Both the position numbers and the translations under genes were made by a program. A stretch of 64,000 nt of DNA from Eledone cirrhosa. Taxonomy: Eukaryota. The DNA lies in the NCBI GenBank assembly GCA_964016885.1, contig OZ024763.1, forward strand, positions 3,720,001 to 3,784,000. The letters run 5' to 3'. The notes beneath the pieces were generated by a model. The model saw nothing but the letters and a program-made list of their open reading frames with translations, was not told the DNA's origin and did not search any database. Of this stretch, positions 12,990 to 26,329 are shown in pieces; position 1 is the stretch's first letter, and each line of letters begins with the position of its first letter.

Positions 12990-13036
12990 TCCTGATGATT
13001 TCTCACGAATGAAACAGTTCTAGTCCTGTAGAAGCT
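12986..13036 (+). ncRNA. Type I hammerhead ribozyme motif
   Basis: agcttc CTGATGA t-ttc-tcac-gaa-t GAAA cag-ttctagtc-ctg TA gaagct: stem I 6 bp, core CUGANGA/GAAA, stem III ACAG/CUGU, GUA triplet; U-U at the base of stem II is atypical. Confidence 0.7.
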
Positions 13037-13454
13037 CTGCTATGTATTGAGTACCTTACTGTAGTTACCGCCGATTCAACCCGGAATAACTTATATATAT
13101 ATATATACACACATATATATACACACATATATACATATATATATATATACACATATACACACATATATACATATACACACATATATACATATATACACAT
13201 ATATACACATATATACATATATATATATACACACATATATACACACATATATATATATACACACATATGTTAGGTAATTCGGAAGGAAAAGCAAAGGAAA
13301 AAAGAGTGCTCTATGTATGGAACAGAGCTATTTAATTAGAAAATGAACAACACAACGATGGCTGAGCTCTGGCCGTTTTGACAGCTCTACTACCCTAAAT
13401 ATTGAGTACGCTGGTGCGTTATGGTCCACCTGGTTTCTTACCACACTTTCTTTG

Positions 13455-13501
<47 letters not shown>

Positions 13502-13536
13502 TATATATATATTCAAATATGTATATATATATACAA

Positions 13537-13579
<43 letters not shown>

Positions 13580-13608
13580 AATATGTATATATATATATAT
13601 ATATACAA

Positions 13609-13639
<31 letters not shown>

Positions 13640-13666
13640 CAAATATGTATATATATATATATACAA

Positions 13667-13707
<41 letters not shown>

Positions 13708-13754
13708 AATATATATATATATATACACAAATATGTATATATATATATATACAA

Positions 13755-13795
<41 letters not shown>

Positions 13796-13796
13796 A

Positions 13797-13843
<47 letters not shown>

Positions 13844-14353
13844 AATATGTATATATACATATCCACAGAAATTGAACGAAGACTGCGTTACACTGTCTTA
13901 TGTAATCAGTAACGTAATCCATGATACATTAAAAAAAGACAATATTATATATAAACTGCATTAGGAGAAATTAGTGACTGAAATTACAGAATGTTTATTT
14001 AAGCGATCGCTAACCGAAAGTGTTGACATTTGAAAATTTTAAAGAAGTGAATCTTAAAATAAACAACAAAATTATTTATATTTAATCAAGAATAACGAAA
14101 TTTAGTTGATAAATTATGTAATATTCATTCATTATTTATTCAAAGTAATCCAACTTATTTTACAAACAGGATAAAAAATATATTCTGGACGCAGTCCCAC
14201 ACTTCTTACTTTATTATAGTTTAGATATGTGTGTGTGTATAAATATATATATATATATATATATATGTAAAAGGTAAACAGAAATAACAACACAATTGGT
14301 ACAGTATATGGAAGGTATATATTAGGTTAACACTTGATATAGCAGGAAGAAGG

Positions 14354-14389
14354 TCTTAACGTTTTGGACGTTAGTCCTTCATCAGAAGA
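14354..14389 (-). ncRNA. Minimal hammerhead motif, probably inactive (G12A)
   Basis: Minus strand tctt CTGATGA a-ggac-taac-gtcc AAAA cg TT aaga; palindromic ACGT stem III. Confidence 0.5.
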
Positions 14390-15634
14390 AAGAATGAGTA
14401 ATAAAATAGATTGAGGGGACGGGCGGGATGGAATTGGAAAAAATGTCTTTAGATAAAAATAACAGGTCCATATATATACGAGGGTTGACTGAAAAGTTCA
14501 TAGGCTGACTATATGAAGGAGTGACGCTAGAGCTGCGAAATATTGCGGTGCGCCTGAGCCATGTACACAATAATTTTCATTATTATTATTAGTTTTAAAC
14601 TCTTTTTATTATTGTTTCTACTTTTGGCACAAGGCCAGCAATTACCCCTGTACATTACTGGTACTTTATTTTATCGACCCCCTAAGGAAAGGCAAAATTA
14701 ACCTCAACGGGATTTGAACTCTGTTTATTATTGACAATTGAATTGTTTCTTTCCATGGACTATGTAGAAAAATAAACACCCTCATTTGGTCATTCCATGA
14801 GAGTATCTTGGTCAGGTTCTAAACCTTTTGGCTGACCTTAGATATATATCTAGGGTCCAACTAAATTCTCCTTCTGTTTCCTTCTTTTTTTCCCTCTTAT
14901 TCGTTTTGTTTTGTGGGTTTTTTTCAAATATTTCCCCAAAATTGGGTGAACCAAAAAATATATTTCTACAAGTTTATACAAATTTATATGAATTTATATT
15001 AGTTCATATGTGTTTATTTTATATTATGTGTTTATATAGGCTTATGTGTTTATTTTATATTATGTGTTTATATAGGCTTATGTGTTTATACATGTTTATA
15101 TGTCTATATATGTTTATGTGTTTATATATGTTTATGTGTTTATACATGTTTATCTGTTTATATATGTTTGTGTTTATATATGTTTATATGTGTTTATGTA
15201 TGTCTTTATATGTTTATATGGTGACTTTATTAACAGCAACTTTTAAACTCTTCTCTCTCTTCTGTCTTCTATGTTTCATCTTACATGGCAGTAACAATCT
15301 TTATAACTCATAGTTTATATTTTAAAGGTAAAAATATGTCACATATATATATATGTTTCACAATATAAGGCTTGGATATGCAACAGTGATTCCAAACCTT
15401 TGATCCATAGAGGTAATACTGGGTGTCCATAGAGGCAGTAGTATCGGGGCTTGTGGTTTAACCCATTAGCATTTAAACTAGTCATATCCGTCCAGAATTC
15501 TTTCATCTCTTTCTGTTCAAACTAACCACTCATACTGACATTAAGGTATTGTTCTCAAAATAAATAACATCAAAATCTCATAGATTCGATATTATGTGAG
15601 ATAAAGTGTTTACCAAAAAATACAATAGTATATA

Positions 15635-16203
15635 CAGTAATCCCCCACTATATTATGGTTCACTTTTCGTGGCCTCGCTACATCGCGGATTTTTCTTTGG
15701 AACGTATCTGATTTCTTATCGCGGTACGTCTGAATAAAAGTGTTTAAAATTTAAACATTAAATAAGTTTTGATGTGATTAAAGTGTATATCGCAAGGAAA
15801 GGGCATCTTAAGGCTTTAACTATAAAAAAATGGGTCTATTTTTCATTCCATTACTGTTTTACTGATTGTGTTTTTCTCTAATCTACTACAAACCCTTCAT
15901 AGATTGACGGGAGATGTGCAGTGTATTACCAAGTGGCTACCGTGGCTGGCAATGGTCCTCATTGGTAACTAGTGCTACGATGGTTGGTGGTAGTTTCTAT
16001 ACGATCGTTACTGACTGTTTTTGGCGTTTAAATACAAAAGTGTGTTTTAATGAGTTTATATGTACTTAAAGCATGTAGGAGAGGTATTTTAAGGCTTAAA
16101 CTATGAAAACAACAGTTGTCTTTAGGTTCTCTCTATATCACGGATTTTCATTTATTTAGGTTGGTTCTGGAATGTATCCCCTGCGATAAACGGGAAATTA
16201 CTG
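15635..16203. mobile_element. Tc1/mariner-pogo (Tigger-like) MITE nested in a piggyBac-like MITE (about 15460-16240)
   Basis: ta|cagtaatcccc ... gggaaattactg|ta, TA target duplication; host MITE sequence on both sides. Confidence 0.65.
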
Positions 16204-17319
16204 TATAGTTTTTTTTATTACTGTATATAGCTAAAGGGTTAAGTTTAAAATTTCTATTAGATACTTTGTGAAATAACATAACGTACACATCCTACTGGGG
16301 ATCTCTGTGCTTACTTCTAAATTTCTAGGATTTTGTTAAAAACATAATACATATGTGCTATTGCTTATCCATTCTTCTCTCTAAAATCTAAATATTTCTC
16401 TCTTTCAGATGTTACTAATTATCATTGTATAACAATATGGACGCGGGAGAATTGGTATTGGGGGTGTCCAGGAGGAAATTTATTTAAATAAAAGGGTTGC
16501 TTGGTAGTGAAAATATTTAGGAATTTCTGGTCTATATTATATTGATATAGATCAATATATGTAGGGATCAGAGGCTCACAGTATTGGGGTCTCAGACTCC
16601 TTAGGGTTTGTGGAAATATAGTTTTATGGGTAGAGATGTAATTAGGGAAAATAACAGCTTTAACAAGCTGCGAAACTGGGCCCCAGGTCATGTAGAGTCC
16701 AGGTCATGTAGGGCCCAGGTCAGGTAGGGCCCAGGTCATGTAGGACCCCTAGGCTGCAGTTTTACTTATGGAAAGATTGATATAAATAAAAATGAGGAGG
16801 CGGAGGTAGTGACAGAAAAATAGGAATGACTGTTAACATTACCATTATTGCTGTTGTTGTTGTTGCTTTGGTTGTTGTTGTCATTGCTTTTGTTGTTGTT
16901 GTTGTTTCTTTGGTGGTGTTATTGTTGTTGTTGTCATCGTTCTGGGGGCTGAGTGGGGTGGAGGCAGGGTGGGGTTGGGGACTAGATGAAATAAATAATT
17001 TGTGAATCAATATTTGAAAAAAATTCAAATACTGGCAAATGGAAGATCAGGGGGCTGGGAGGGGGGGGGGTATAATCCCTTGGGTTCAATCTATGGGTCT
17101 GATCTGTGAGTCTGACAACACCATTATTATCACCGTTTTATGTCAATTTTACTACACTAGCATGGGTTAGACGAGTTGTCCTGTTGTGGGCAATGTTAGG
17201 TCAGGTGACCATGTCTTGCTCCTACAGAACCAAGCCAGAATCAGTTCTGTATGAGCAAGACATGGTCACTTGACTTAGCATTGCCCACAACAGAACAACT
17301 CGTCTAACACATGGGTCTA

Positions 17320-17630
17320 ATCCAGGGGTCTTATCCATGGGGTCTTATCCATGAGTTTGATCTGTGGGTCTTATCTATGGGTCTAATCCATGGGTATTAT
17401 CCTTGCGTTTTATCCAGGGGTCTTATCCATGGGTTTTATCTGTGGGCCTAATCTATGGGTCTTATCCGTGTGTCTAATCTATGGGTCTTATCCGTGTGTC
17501 TTATCCATGGGTCTTATTTGTGTGTTTTATCCATGGGTCTTATCCATGTGCCTAATCCGTGTGTCTTATCCATGGGTCTTATCCGTGAGTCTTATCCATG
17601 TGTATTATCCGTGGGTCTTATCCGTGGGTG
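17320..17630. repeat. About 13-bp degenerate repeat (tcttatccatggg) just past the stop of the 17.6-kb exon
   Basis: Repeated gtcttatccatgg / tatccgtgtg units. Confidence 0.85.
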
Positions 17631-17636
17631 ACAGTG

Positions 17637-17908
17637 TTAACTGAAGTCTATGAGTCCTTTAGTTGAAAGCAACAAAACGACAAAGAGCGGCAGGTTTAAT
17701 GTGACGTGGTCTGATTTGCCGAATATCCCGTTACACATATCCATGTGACACATTGTGACGCAGACTAGATGGTTCTTAGAACTGTCGTAACTACACACCG
17801 TCACATTGGACCTCGCGCTAACCTTGTCCAGCTTTTTGAAAGGTGCATTATTCATGGAGAACGAGAACGTTTTATCATTACAGTCCCTAATAATGGCCTG
17901 CACCTTTC
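17637..17908 (-). CDS. Terminal exon, C-half of Ly6/LU protein with GPI-type tail; CNGI class (gene B exon 3a)
   Basis: Acceptor (ctt)n...ttgttgttttctacacag, phase 1; (G)KVQAIIRDCNDKTFSFSMNNAPFKKLDKVSARSNVTVCSYDSSKNHLVCVTMCHMDMCNGIFGKSDHVTLNLPLFVVLLLSTKGLIDFS*. Confidence 0.88.
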
Positions 17909-18829
17909 CTGTGTAGAAAACAACAAAGAGACGGTATAAGAAGAAGAAGAAGAAGAAGAAGAGCAAAGCAAAAGATGGGGAAGGAGGGGGTAGCAGGGGG
18001 TGGTAGGAGTGAAGGGGAGGGGTATACCTTAACTACTAAAAATTGTGGGTGGTGAAAGGGGGAGGGTAGACCTTAGCTACTAAAAATTGTGGGGGGGGGG
18101 AGGGGAGGGGGTTATACCTTAAACTGAAGGAGGGGAATGAATAGAGTAAACCAATAAACATATATGATACATAGGTGTATAAGACCCACTGACATATAAG
18201 ACCCACTGGCATATAAGACCCACTGGCACATAAAACCCACTGGTGTATAATACCCACTGGCACATAAGACCCACTGGTGTATAAGACCCACATCCCACCC
18301 ATCCCACTTCATATCAACAGGCAAGTGTTAAGAAAGAAATCTGTAGGTCAACATTTAATGTCATTTAAAGAATGTAGTTGAAATGTCATGAATAAGGCCT
18401 TGCTGGAGCCTCATGTATAATGTCACAAACATGAGCACATGTACACACACGTATACACACACATACATGTACGCACACACATACGTACATATATGTACAC
18501 ACATGTACACACAAACACATGGACACTCACACATACCCACACACATGTGCAGACATACATGTACAGATACACACGTACACACACACACACACACACGGAC
18601 ACTCACCCACGTACACACATATACACACACACACCCACTACACACTGTAAATGAGGTTGGTGTTCGGAAGGGCATCCAGCTGTAGAAACCAAGCCAAAAT
18701 CAGTTCTGTATGAGCAAGACAAGGTCACCTGACCTAACGTTGCTCACAACAGGACAACTTGTCTAACCCATACCAGCGTGGAAAAATGGACATAAAACGA
18801 TGATGATCATGATGATGATGATGATGACT

Positions 18830-19100
18830 ATAATAATAAAGAAAATTATTGTGTACAGTGCTCAGGTGCACTACAACTCATCAAAGGTTCATGTATAGTA
18901 CATAGAACAATGTACAAATGTCAGGAAAGTGAACAGTGTATGAGTCATGATATACACACAGATACATGCATATGTGTGTATGGAGGGGGAATATCAGGTG
19001 TAGTGTTGGCGTATATCAGGAAGCATGGAGGTTTTGAAGGATGCAGTGTCCTGACAACTAACAACTGATGCAGCTAGTTTGTTCCATGCTTCAGCAACTC
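18830..19100 (-). mobile_element. CR1-type LINE 3' end fragment
   Basis: Homologous to 26330-26705. Confidence 0.65.
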
Positions 19101-19621
19101 TGAATAAGGTCTTTATTAAATTACCTGTGACTTGTGGGGTCACAGGTAGTCTAGTAATATATATGGAGAGAGAGTTATTGGTAATAACAGTTGACTATTT
19201 ATGAAGGTACCTGGAAAAATCCTGTATCTCGGGAACCTATGCTCCGATTTATGTGAAATTTGTTTCATACTGTTTGTATTCCCATTTCAGGGGCAATTTG
19301 ATTTCAAAGTATTTTCCCATTAAGCGTCGTTTTGGCTGCATTAAATTACAGACAAGCACACAGTCACAGAGTTTTAGTATTATATAGATAGACAGTCACG
19401 ACCGTTTCACAGATGAATGGTTCAGGATCTATATATCTATATTAATGATATAGTCCAGACTCTAGCCAATATATATATATATATATATATATATACTGAT
19501 CCCTCAGATTCCTGGTCTGTTTGGGAAGTCAGTAGCCCCACTTCAGTATTGACTTGGTTTACGTACAACTTTCCAACCCTTACTAGCAGGGAAAGTGAAC
19601 ATTTAAATGATGATGATGATG

Positions 19622-19680
<59 letters not shown>

Positions 19681-20093
19681 GGTTTGATCAGACCGAAGAA
19701 GACAGTCTGATCAAACCTATATATTATGTCTGATAGTATACAGTTATATAACTGCTATAGATCAGTCAATATGTAAAATAACTTGCCTTTGTTATTATTA
19801 TCATTATTAAACTAATATGTAATATATATAGGGAGACACAAAGCAGGCTTTGTTTACAAATAGCTAGTGCATTAGAAAATCAGGTAGTAACATGTGCTTA
19901 CGCCGTATTTGACTACATAGAATTAGTGTGTTAGTTGGGATTTTAGAAAACCCTCTGAATGGAAAAAAGGATGAGTATTGATGTACATGGGACACAAACC
20001 CACAAGTTTGGTCTGCCGGACCAATGTGTTACCATTAAACTAATACGCCACCCATATTTCCTTCCATTCAATTAGAAGCTATATAACCATAAC

Positions 20094-20142
<49 letters not shown>

Positions 20143-20145
<3 letters not shown>

Positions 20146-20530
20146 TCATCATACCCGCTTTACGTCCGTTCCGCCACGCTAGCATGGGTTAGATGGGTTG
20201 TCCTGTTGTGGGCAGTGTCCAGTTAGCTGATCATCTCTTGCTTATACAGGAACTGATTCTGGCTTGATTTCTACAGCTCAATGCCCTTCCTAACACCAAC
20301 CTCATTTGCAGTGTGGGCTGGGTGCTTTTTTTACCATGGCACCTCCACGATCACTTTGCAGTGGAATGATAGGGACCCCAGTCCCTATCATCTCATTTCT
20401 ACAGCTGAGGAAACTGGAGCAATGTGAAATAAAGTGTATTGCTCAAGGAAACAACACATCACCCGGTCTGAAAATTGAACTCACAACCTTTCGATTGCAA
20501 GCCCAATGCTCTAATCACATCACTAAGCCA

Positions 20531-20531
<1 letters not shown>
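20143..20531 (-). mobile_element. tRNA-derived SINE with RTE-like tail
   Basis: Reverse complement of the family at 27061-27400; (cat)n tail at the left end. Confidence 0.75.
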
Positions 20532-20576
<45 letters not shown>

Positions 20577-20732
20577 TGATTTCTCAGATGCCTGGTCTGT
20601 CTGCAATGTCAATAGCCCAGCTTCAGTACTGACTTGGTCTATCTAGACCTGTTCAACTCTTGCTAGTAAGGAAAGCTGATGATGGTGGTGATGATGATGG
20701 GGATGATGATGATGATATACAGTTCAACTTAC

Positions 20733-20909
20733 CTAGTTTCATGTAAGTCTCAATTGCACAGTAAGGTACCCTCATGTCATCATAGTTAGAACAATTCACT
20801 GCAAATTTTGAATCCATTCCCATCCGATACTGTCGAATGTTTGATTCACACTCGGAAAATGGTTCACTTCCTGCACAGCTGTAGCATAGCAAACCATTAC
20901 TGGCGGACA
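20733..20909 (-). CDS. Ly6/LU N-half exon (gene B exon 2), 177 nt, phase 1-1
   Basis: Acceptor ttttaatttctattccag, donor G|gtaagt; (V)SASNGLLCYSCAGSEPFSECESNIRQYRMGMDSKFAVNCSNYDDMRVPYCAIETYMKL(G); LxCYxC start with five Cys. Confidence 0.9.
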
Positions 20910-20931
20910 CTGGAATAGAAATTAAAATGAA

Positions 20932-21504
20932 CCCTTTAGCATTTAAACCAGCCATATCTGACCAGAATTCTCTCACCTCTTCCTGCTCAAACTGGCTGTA
21001 ACTGGCCAGAATTCTCTCGCCTCTTTCTTGTTCAAACCGGCTGTAACTGGCCAGAATTCTCTCACCTCTTTCTGATCAAACTGGCTGTAGCCAACCAGAA
21101 TTCTCTCAAATCTTTCTGTTCAAACTGGCTGTAACTGGCCAGAATTCTCTCAAATCTTTCTGTTCAAACTGGCTGTAACTGGCCAGAATTCTCTCACCTC
21201 TTTCTGTTCAAACTGGCTGTAACCGGCCAGAACTCTCTCACCTCTTTCTGTTAAAACCGGCTGTAACTGGTCAGAACTCTCTCACCTCTTTCTGTTAAAA
21301 CCGGCTGTAACTGGTCAGAATTCTCTCACCTCTTTCTGTTAAAACCAGCTGTAACTGGCCACTCTTATTGATGTTATGGTATTGTTCCCAATGTAAATAA
21401 TATCAAAATCTCATAGATTAAATATTATGTGAGATATTATGTAAGATAAAGCCTTTATTGTGAAAATATAATAGTAAATATAGAGTAATGTAAATGCTAA
21501 AGGG
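20932..21504. mobile_element. piggyBac-like MITE with internal 44-bp tandem array
   Basis: ccctttagcattt...aaatgctaaaggg|ttaa; about 9 units of actggccagaattctctcacctctttctgttcaaactggctgta. Confidence 0.75.
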
Positions 21505-21783
21505 TTAAAATACCCACACACACACAGATATATATATGTGTGTGTGTGTGTCTTTAAATGTATATATATACATATACATAAATAGTCTATATGCATATAT
21601 ATATTCTTGATATATGTATATGTCTATATATATATATATGTATATCTGTATCGCTTTCTCTCTCTATCAATGTATATATATATATATATAAATATCTATA
21701 TATAGATATATAAAGTCTATACATATATATCTATGCATTTAATGTTGTGACAATATGTAATGTCCTCTTTGAAAAAGATCATA

Positions 21784-21815
<32 letters not shown>

Positions 21816-22149
21816 GGGGGGAGATACGTAGATAGAGAGAGAGAGGTGGAGAAAAAAAGAGATAATGGCCTCATAGACCCATAGCTTGTCATGGCTAAAA
21901 TTCCCCCTCCCCCCGCAGCCACCCTGCCATGCCTACTCTAGAGCCCCACACACCACAACATTCTAATCTCATTTATTGTTTCCTGTATGACTTGTTCACA
22001 TGGTTACCATGCACACCAACAACACCACCAACACGATGTTTTTATAAGTTTATAAATTCCCGAAAAAAAATTTAAAAGTATGTTGCCATTGAAATATAAC
22101 AAAAGAGGGTGTTGGTAGTGGTGGTGGTGAGGAAGCGAGGGGGCTTGTG

Positions 22150-22186
<37 letters not shown>

Positions 22187-22203
22187 CATATATACATATA
22201 TGT

Positions 22204-22490
22204 GGAGGCACGTGACCTAGTGTTAAGAGTGTTGGACTTACGATCATAATGTCGTGGGTTCGATTCCTGGGTTGTGTGTTCCGTTCTTGAGCAAGACACT
22301 TTATTTCACGTTGCTCCAGTTTACTCAGCTAAAAATGAGTACCAGCAATAGCTGGAGGTTTAACCCTGCGATGGACTGGCGTCCTGTCCACGGAGGAGTC
22401 TTGTACTCTCAGTCGCTTCACGCCATGAAACCGGGATAAGCGCCGGCCAAATGAGTCTTCTGGCTTAAGACAGACTTTAGACTTTTAGAT
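22204..22490 (+). mobile_element. tRNA-derived SINE (second tail type)
   Basis: A/B-box-like head (tgacctagtgtt ... gggttcgattcc), CORE-like cttgagcaagacacttt; reverse copy at 35025-35318. Confidence 0.75.
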
Positions 22491-22572
22491 ATACATATAT
22501 ATATACATATATATATATATATATGTATGAAAAAGAACACAAGAGCGTCTACAACATCAAAAGATTTTTATT

Positions 22573-22624
22573 GGCTAACAATGTTTCTTCCTTACGTGTA
22601 ACCGTAGGATTCATCAGAGCTATA
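22573..22624 (-). ncRNA. Minimal hammerhead motif
   Basis: Minus strand tagct CTGATGA a-tcctacg-gttaca-cgtaagga-a GAAA ca-t-tg TT agcca. Confidence 0.5.
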
Positions 22625-23035
22625 AAAGGGGTTTGATTGGTGTTATGGACTCTACCAACCAAACACCCAAGAACAAAGAGTAAAGAGAGTAAAGAGCAAA
22701 AGTAGGGGACGATAAGTCTAATTTTGGTGCGGGAGGGTGGGGTGTTGGTCCTTGTTTACTAGCTGCGGTCATATATATATATATGTATGTATGTATATAT
22801 ATATTATATATATATATCACCTTGATCACCTTGACCGACCATTCTGTCGGGCGCCATTCGGCTAGGCTGGTCACAGCACGTTGCTGTTTTAGCCATACGA
22901 TGATGCCATCCCACTGTCAGGCCGTAAGTCTAAAGTCTGTCTTAAGCCAGAAGGCTTATTTGGCCAGTGCTTATCCCGGCTTCATGGTGTGAAGTGACTG
23001 AGAGCACAAGACTCCCCCCTGGACAGGACGCCAGG

Positions 23036-23597
23036 AATCAAATGCTGTGTGCAGGAGAGGCGGTTGCGTTGGTATGGACATGTGATGCGTATGAAGGATG
23101 ACAGCTGCATAAAAAGGTGCAGAGCACTAGAAGTCGATGGAAACCGCGGAGTGGGGAGACCCAAGATGACCTGGGATGAGGTGATAAAAGCCGACCTTAC
23201 TCAATTACACCTCTCAAAGGCGATGACACACGACCGTGACCTCTGGCGTCACGCAGTAATACAGAGTACCCGACCTCCCATGGGTACAAGCTGAAGCATA
23301 TAGACAATATGCCCCCACACCCTCCCACTGCAAAGTGGTCGTAGAGGTGCCACGGCAAAAAAGCACCCAGCCCACACTGTAAAGTGGACGTGTAGGCGCC
23401 ACGAAAAAGCACTCAGCACTCACTGTAAATAAGGTTGGTGTTAGGAAGGGCATCCAGCTGTAGAAATCAAGCCAAATCAGTTCCTGTATGAGCAAGGCAT
23501 GGTCAGCCGACCAGACACTGCTCACAACAGGACAACCCGTCTCACCCATGCTAGCGTGGAAGAACGGACATAAAACGATGATGATGATGATGATGAT
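23036..23597 (+). mobile_element. RTE LINE 3' fragment with complete 3' UTR and (GAT)n tail
   Basis: ERRLRWYGHVMRMKDDSCIKRCRALEVDGNRGVGRPKMTWDEVIKADL; ends cggacataaaac(gat)n. Confidence 0.9.
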
Positions 23598-23713
23598 ATG
23601 TATATATAAACGCGCGTCACACCTGAATAAACTTAATGAAAATTTGATACCTCGTCCATACTTATATATATATATAACATACATACATACACACATATAT
23701 ATATATATATATA

Positions 23714-24049
23714 TCATCATCATTCATTTTACGTCCACTTTTCCCTGCTTGCAAGGGTGGGACGGGAACTGATTCTGGCTTGATTTCTACAGCTGGATGC
23801 CCTTCCTAACACCAACCTCATTTACAGTGAGTGCTGGGTGCTTTTTTGCCATGGCACCTCCACGACCACTTTGCAGTGGAATGATAGGGACCCCAGTCCT
23901 TATCATCTCATTTCTACAGCTGAGTAAACTGGAGCAATGTGAAATAAAGTGTCTTGCTCAAGGAAACAACACATCACCCAGTCTGAGAATTGAACTCACA
24001 ACCTTTCGATTGCAAGGCCAATGCTCTAACCACTAAGCCATGTGCCTCC
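23714..24049 (-). mobile_element. tRNA-derived SINE with RTE-like tail
   Basis: Near-identical reverse complement of 27061-27400. Confidence 0.85.
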
Positions 24050-24528
24050 TATATATATATATAGTGTGTGTGAGTGTGTGTGTGTTAAGTATTTCCGTGG
24101 AAAAGGTAAAGGAAAGAAGAGTGCTTTATGTATAATACAGAGCTATTTAATTATATAATAAACAACACAATATAATTATTCCATTACCCAAAGTTTCACA
24201 AAGTCAGACGATTGTAACAGAAATGTTTGTTTCGTTCACCAGATGAAATATCTTTATTACAATACATTATTACAATAGGTAATTGATTTTGATATCATAT
24301 GTTATATCCATAACAGAGATATAAAGATATTTCATCTGATGAACGTAACACTGGTCTGTTGGAGATGCAGGACATGGCAGCGATAATGAGGGACAGAGAC
24401 CGCTGGAGAGAACTCGTCCATGGATCTCGAGAATTTTACCCGCCTTAGATAGATAGATAGATATATATATATAAATGGCGTAGACATTACAATACATTAC
24501 AATAGAATAGGAGGGAACATAATAATAG

Positions 24529-24572
24529 TACCACTGATGATGTTGCAGATGTGCAACGAAAGAACTTTGATA
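24529..24572 (+). ncRNA. Minimal hammerhead-like motif
   Basis: tacca CTGATGA t-gttgca-gatg-tgcaac GAAA g-aa-c TT tgata; perfect 6-bp stem II, weak stem I. Confidence 0.45.
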
Positions 24573-25194
24573 GACTATATATATATATATATTTATATCT
24601 GTATTTTTAACCGTTGGTCAGTCAAATGATAAACATTGATTGCCAAATAAATTCACTATGGAGATATAAAAGATACAGAAGCGAAAACCGAACCAATCAC
24701 TGAGTGTGTTCTGTTATTATTTCTGGCAATATTATAACAATATGACCCTCCCCAAGTATAACAATATATATATATATAAACCCGCCAGACAGTCCTATAC
24801 GAGCAAGACAACCAATCCTGCCTCAAGTGGGAAAATTCCTGTCCAAACCCATGCTAGCGTGGAAGATGGACGTTAAATGATGACAATGATGATGATAATG
24901 TAGAAGGTGAGTAATATTGTCGAACAATAAAACTATGCATATATCAGATAAGTAGCACTCAACAGTTGGTAGAACTGGAGTATATATTAAAGAAGAAATT
25001 AAAATATGGTCAAAGAAGTTCCATCTATTTTATTATAAGCATTTTGAAAACATCATCATCCTGGGACAAAAAATTGTGTTCTCATCAGATAAAATAAGGT
25101 TACATGATATGAGGCCTAAAAACACATGTCATGCTGTTTTCAAATGTGCATAATAAAATATATGGAACTTCTTTTAACCATCTTTTAATTTCTT

Positions 25195-25246
<52 letters not shown>

Positions 25247-25284
25247 TTATATATATATTTATATATATATTTTATATATATATT

Positions 25285-25315
<31 letters not shown>

Positions 25316-25329
25316 TTATATATTATATT

Positions 25330-25404
<75 letters not shown>

Positions 25405-25522
25405 TTATATATATATATTTATATATATATATATTATATATTTATATATATATATATATTTATATATATATTTATATTTATATATATATATATTTATATA
25501 TATATTTTTATTTTATAGAAGG

Positions 25523-25573
25523 AGCTTCTACAGGACTAGTACTGTTTCATTCAGATGAAATCTTCAGGAAGCT
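25523..25573 (-). ncRNA. Type I hammerhead ribozyme motif
   Basis: Exact reverse complement of 26164-26214. Confidence 0.68.
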
Positions 25574-26163
25574 GGGTGTCATATTAAGTTCTGGTATTTA
25601 TACATTTAGGTAGTGGCAAGGGAGGGTGGTGGATGGGGGGGGTGGGGGGGGGGGGGGGTATTTAGATACACAGGACCACTGCATGGCACAGGCCGTTTTT
25701 TCTATGGGGAGTGGTCAATTAGCCAGAGTGCTTTTTTGAAATAAATAAATAAGTAAATAATAAATAAATGAATATATAAATAAAATAAATAAAGAAATAA
25801 ATAAAAAATAAATAAATAAAGACCCCAAGAATAGTAATTCAACAGATAGATTCTGTTGAATTACTATTCTTGGGGTCTTTATTTATTTATTATTTATTTT
25901 TTATTTTTTATTTTTTATTTTTTATTTATTTCTTTATTTATTTTATTTATTTATTCATTTATCTATTTATATATTCATTTATTTATTTATTTACTTATTT
26001 ATTTATTTCAAAAAAGCACTCTGGCTAATTGACCACTCCCCATAGAAAAAACGGCCTGTGCCATGCAGTGGTCCTGTGTATCTAAATACCCCCCCCCCCC
26101 CCATCCACCACCCTCCCTTGCCACTACCTAAATGTATAAATACCAGAACTTAATATGACACCC

Positions 26164-26214
26164 AGCTTCCTGAAGATTTCATCTGAATGAAACAGTACTA
26201 GTCCTGTAGAAGCT
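26164..26214 (+). ncRNA. Type I hammerhead ribozyme motif
   Basis: agcttc CTGAAGA t-ttc-atct-gaa-t GAAA cag-tactagtc-ctg TA gaagct. Confidence 0.7.
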
Positions 26215-26329
26215 CCTTCTATAAAATAAAAATTTTTACTCTGCCATGTATTGAGTACCTTACTTACTGTGGTTATCCCCGACTCAACCCGGGACCTACG
26301 TATTTATATATATATTTATATATATATAT

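Larger units (their letters stand above)
25504..26233. repeat. Long inverted repeat (arms about 340-380 bp) with hammerhead motifs near both outer ends
   Basis: Centre gaccccaagaatagtaattcaacaga...tctgttgaattactattcttggggtc; arms reverse-complementary out to atttttattttatagaaggagc / gctccttctataaaataaaaat. Confidence 0.92.

Noticed and set aside
14828-15313. 161-aa hydrophobic ORF
   Set aside because: Mostly a (tatgtgttta)-type simple repeat
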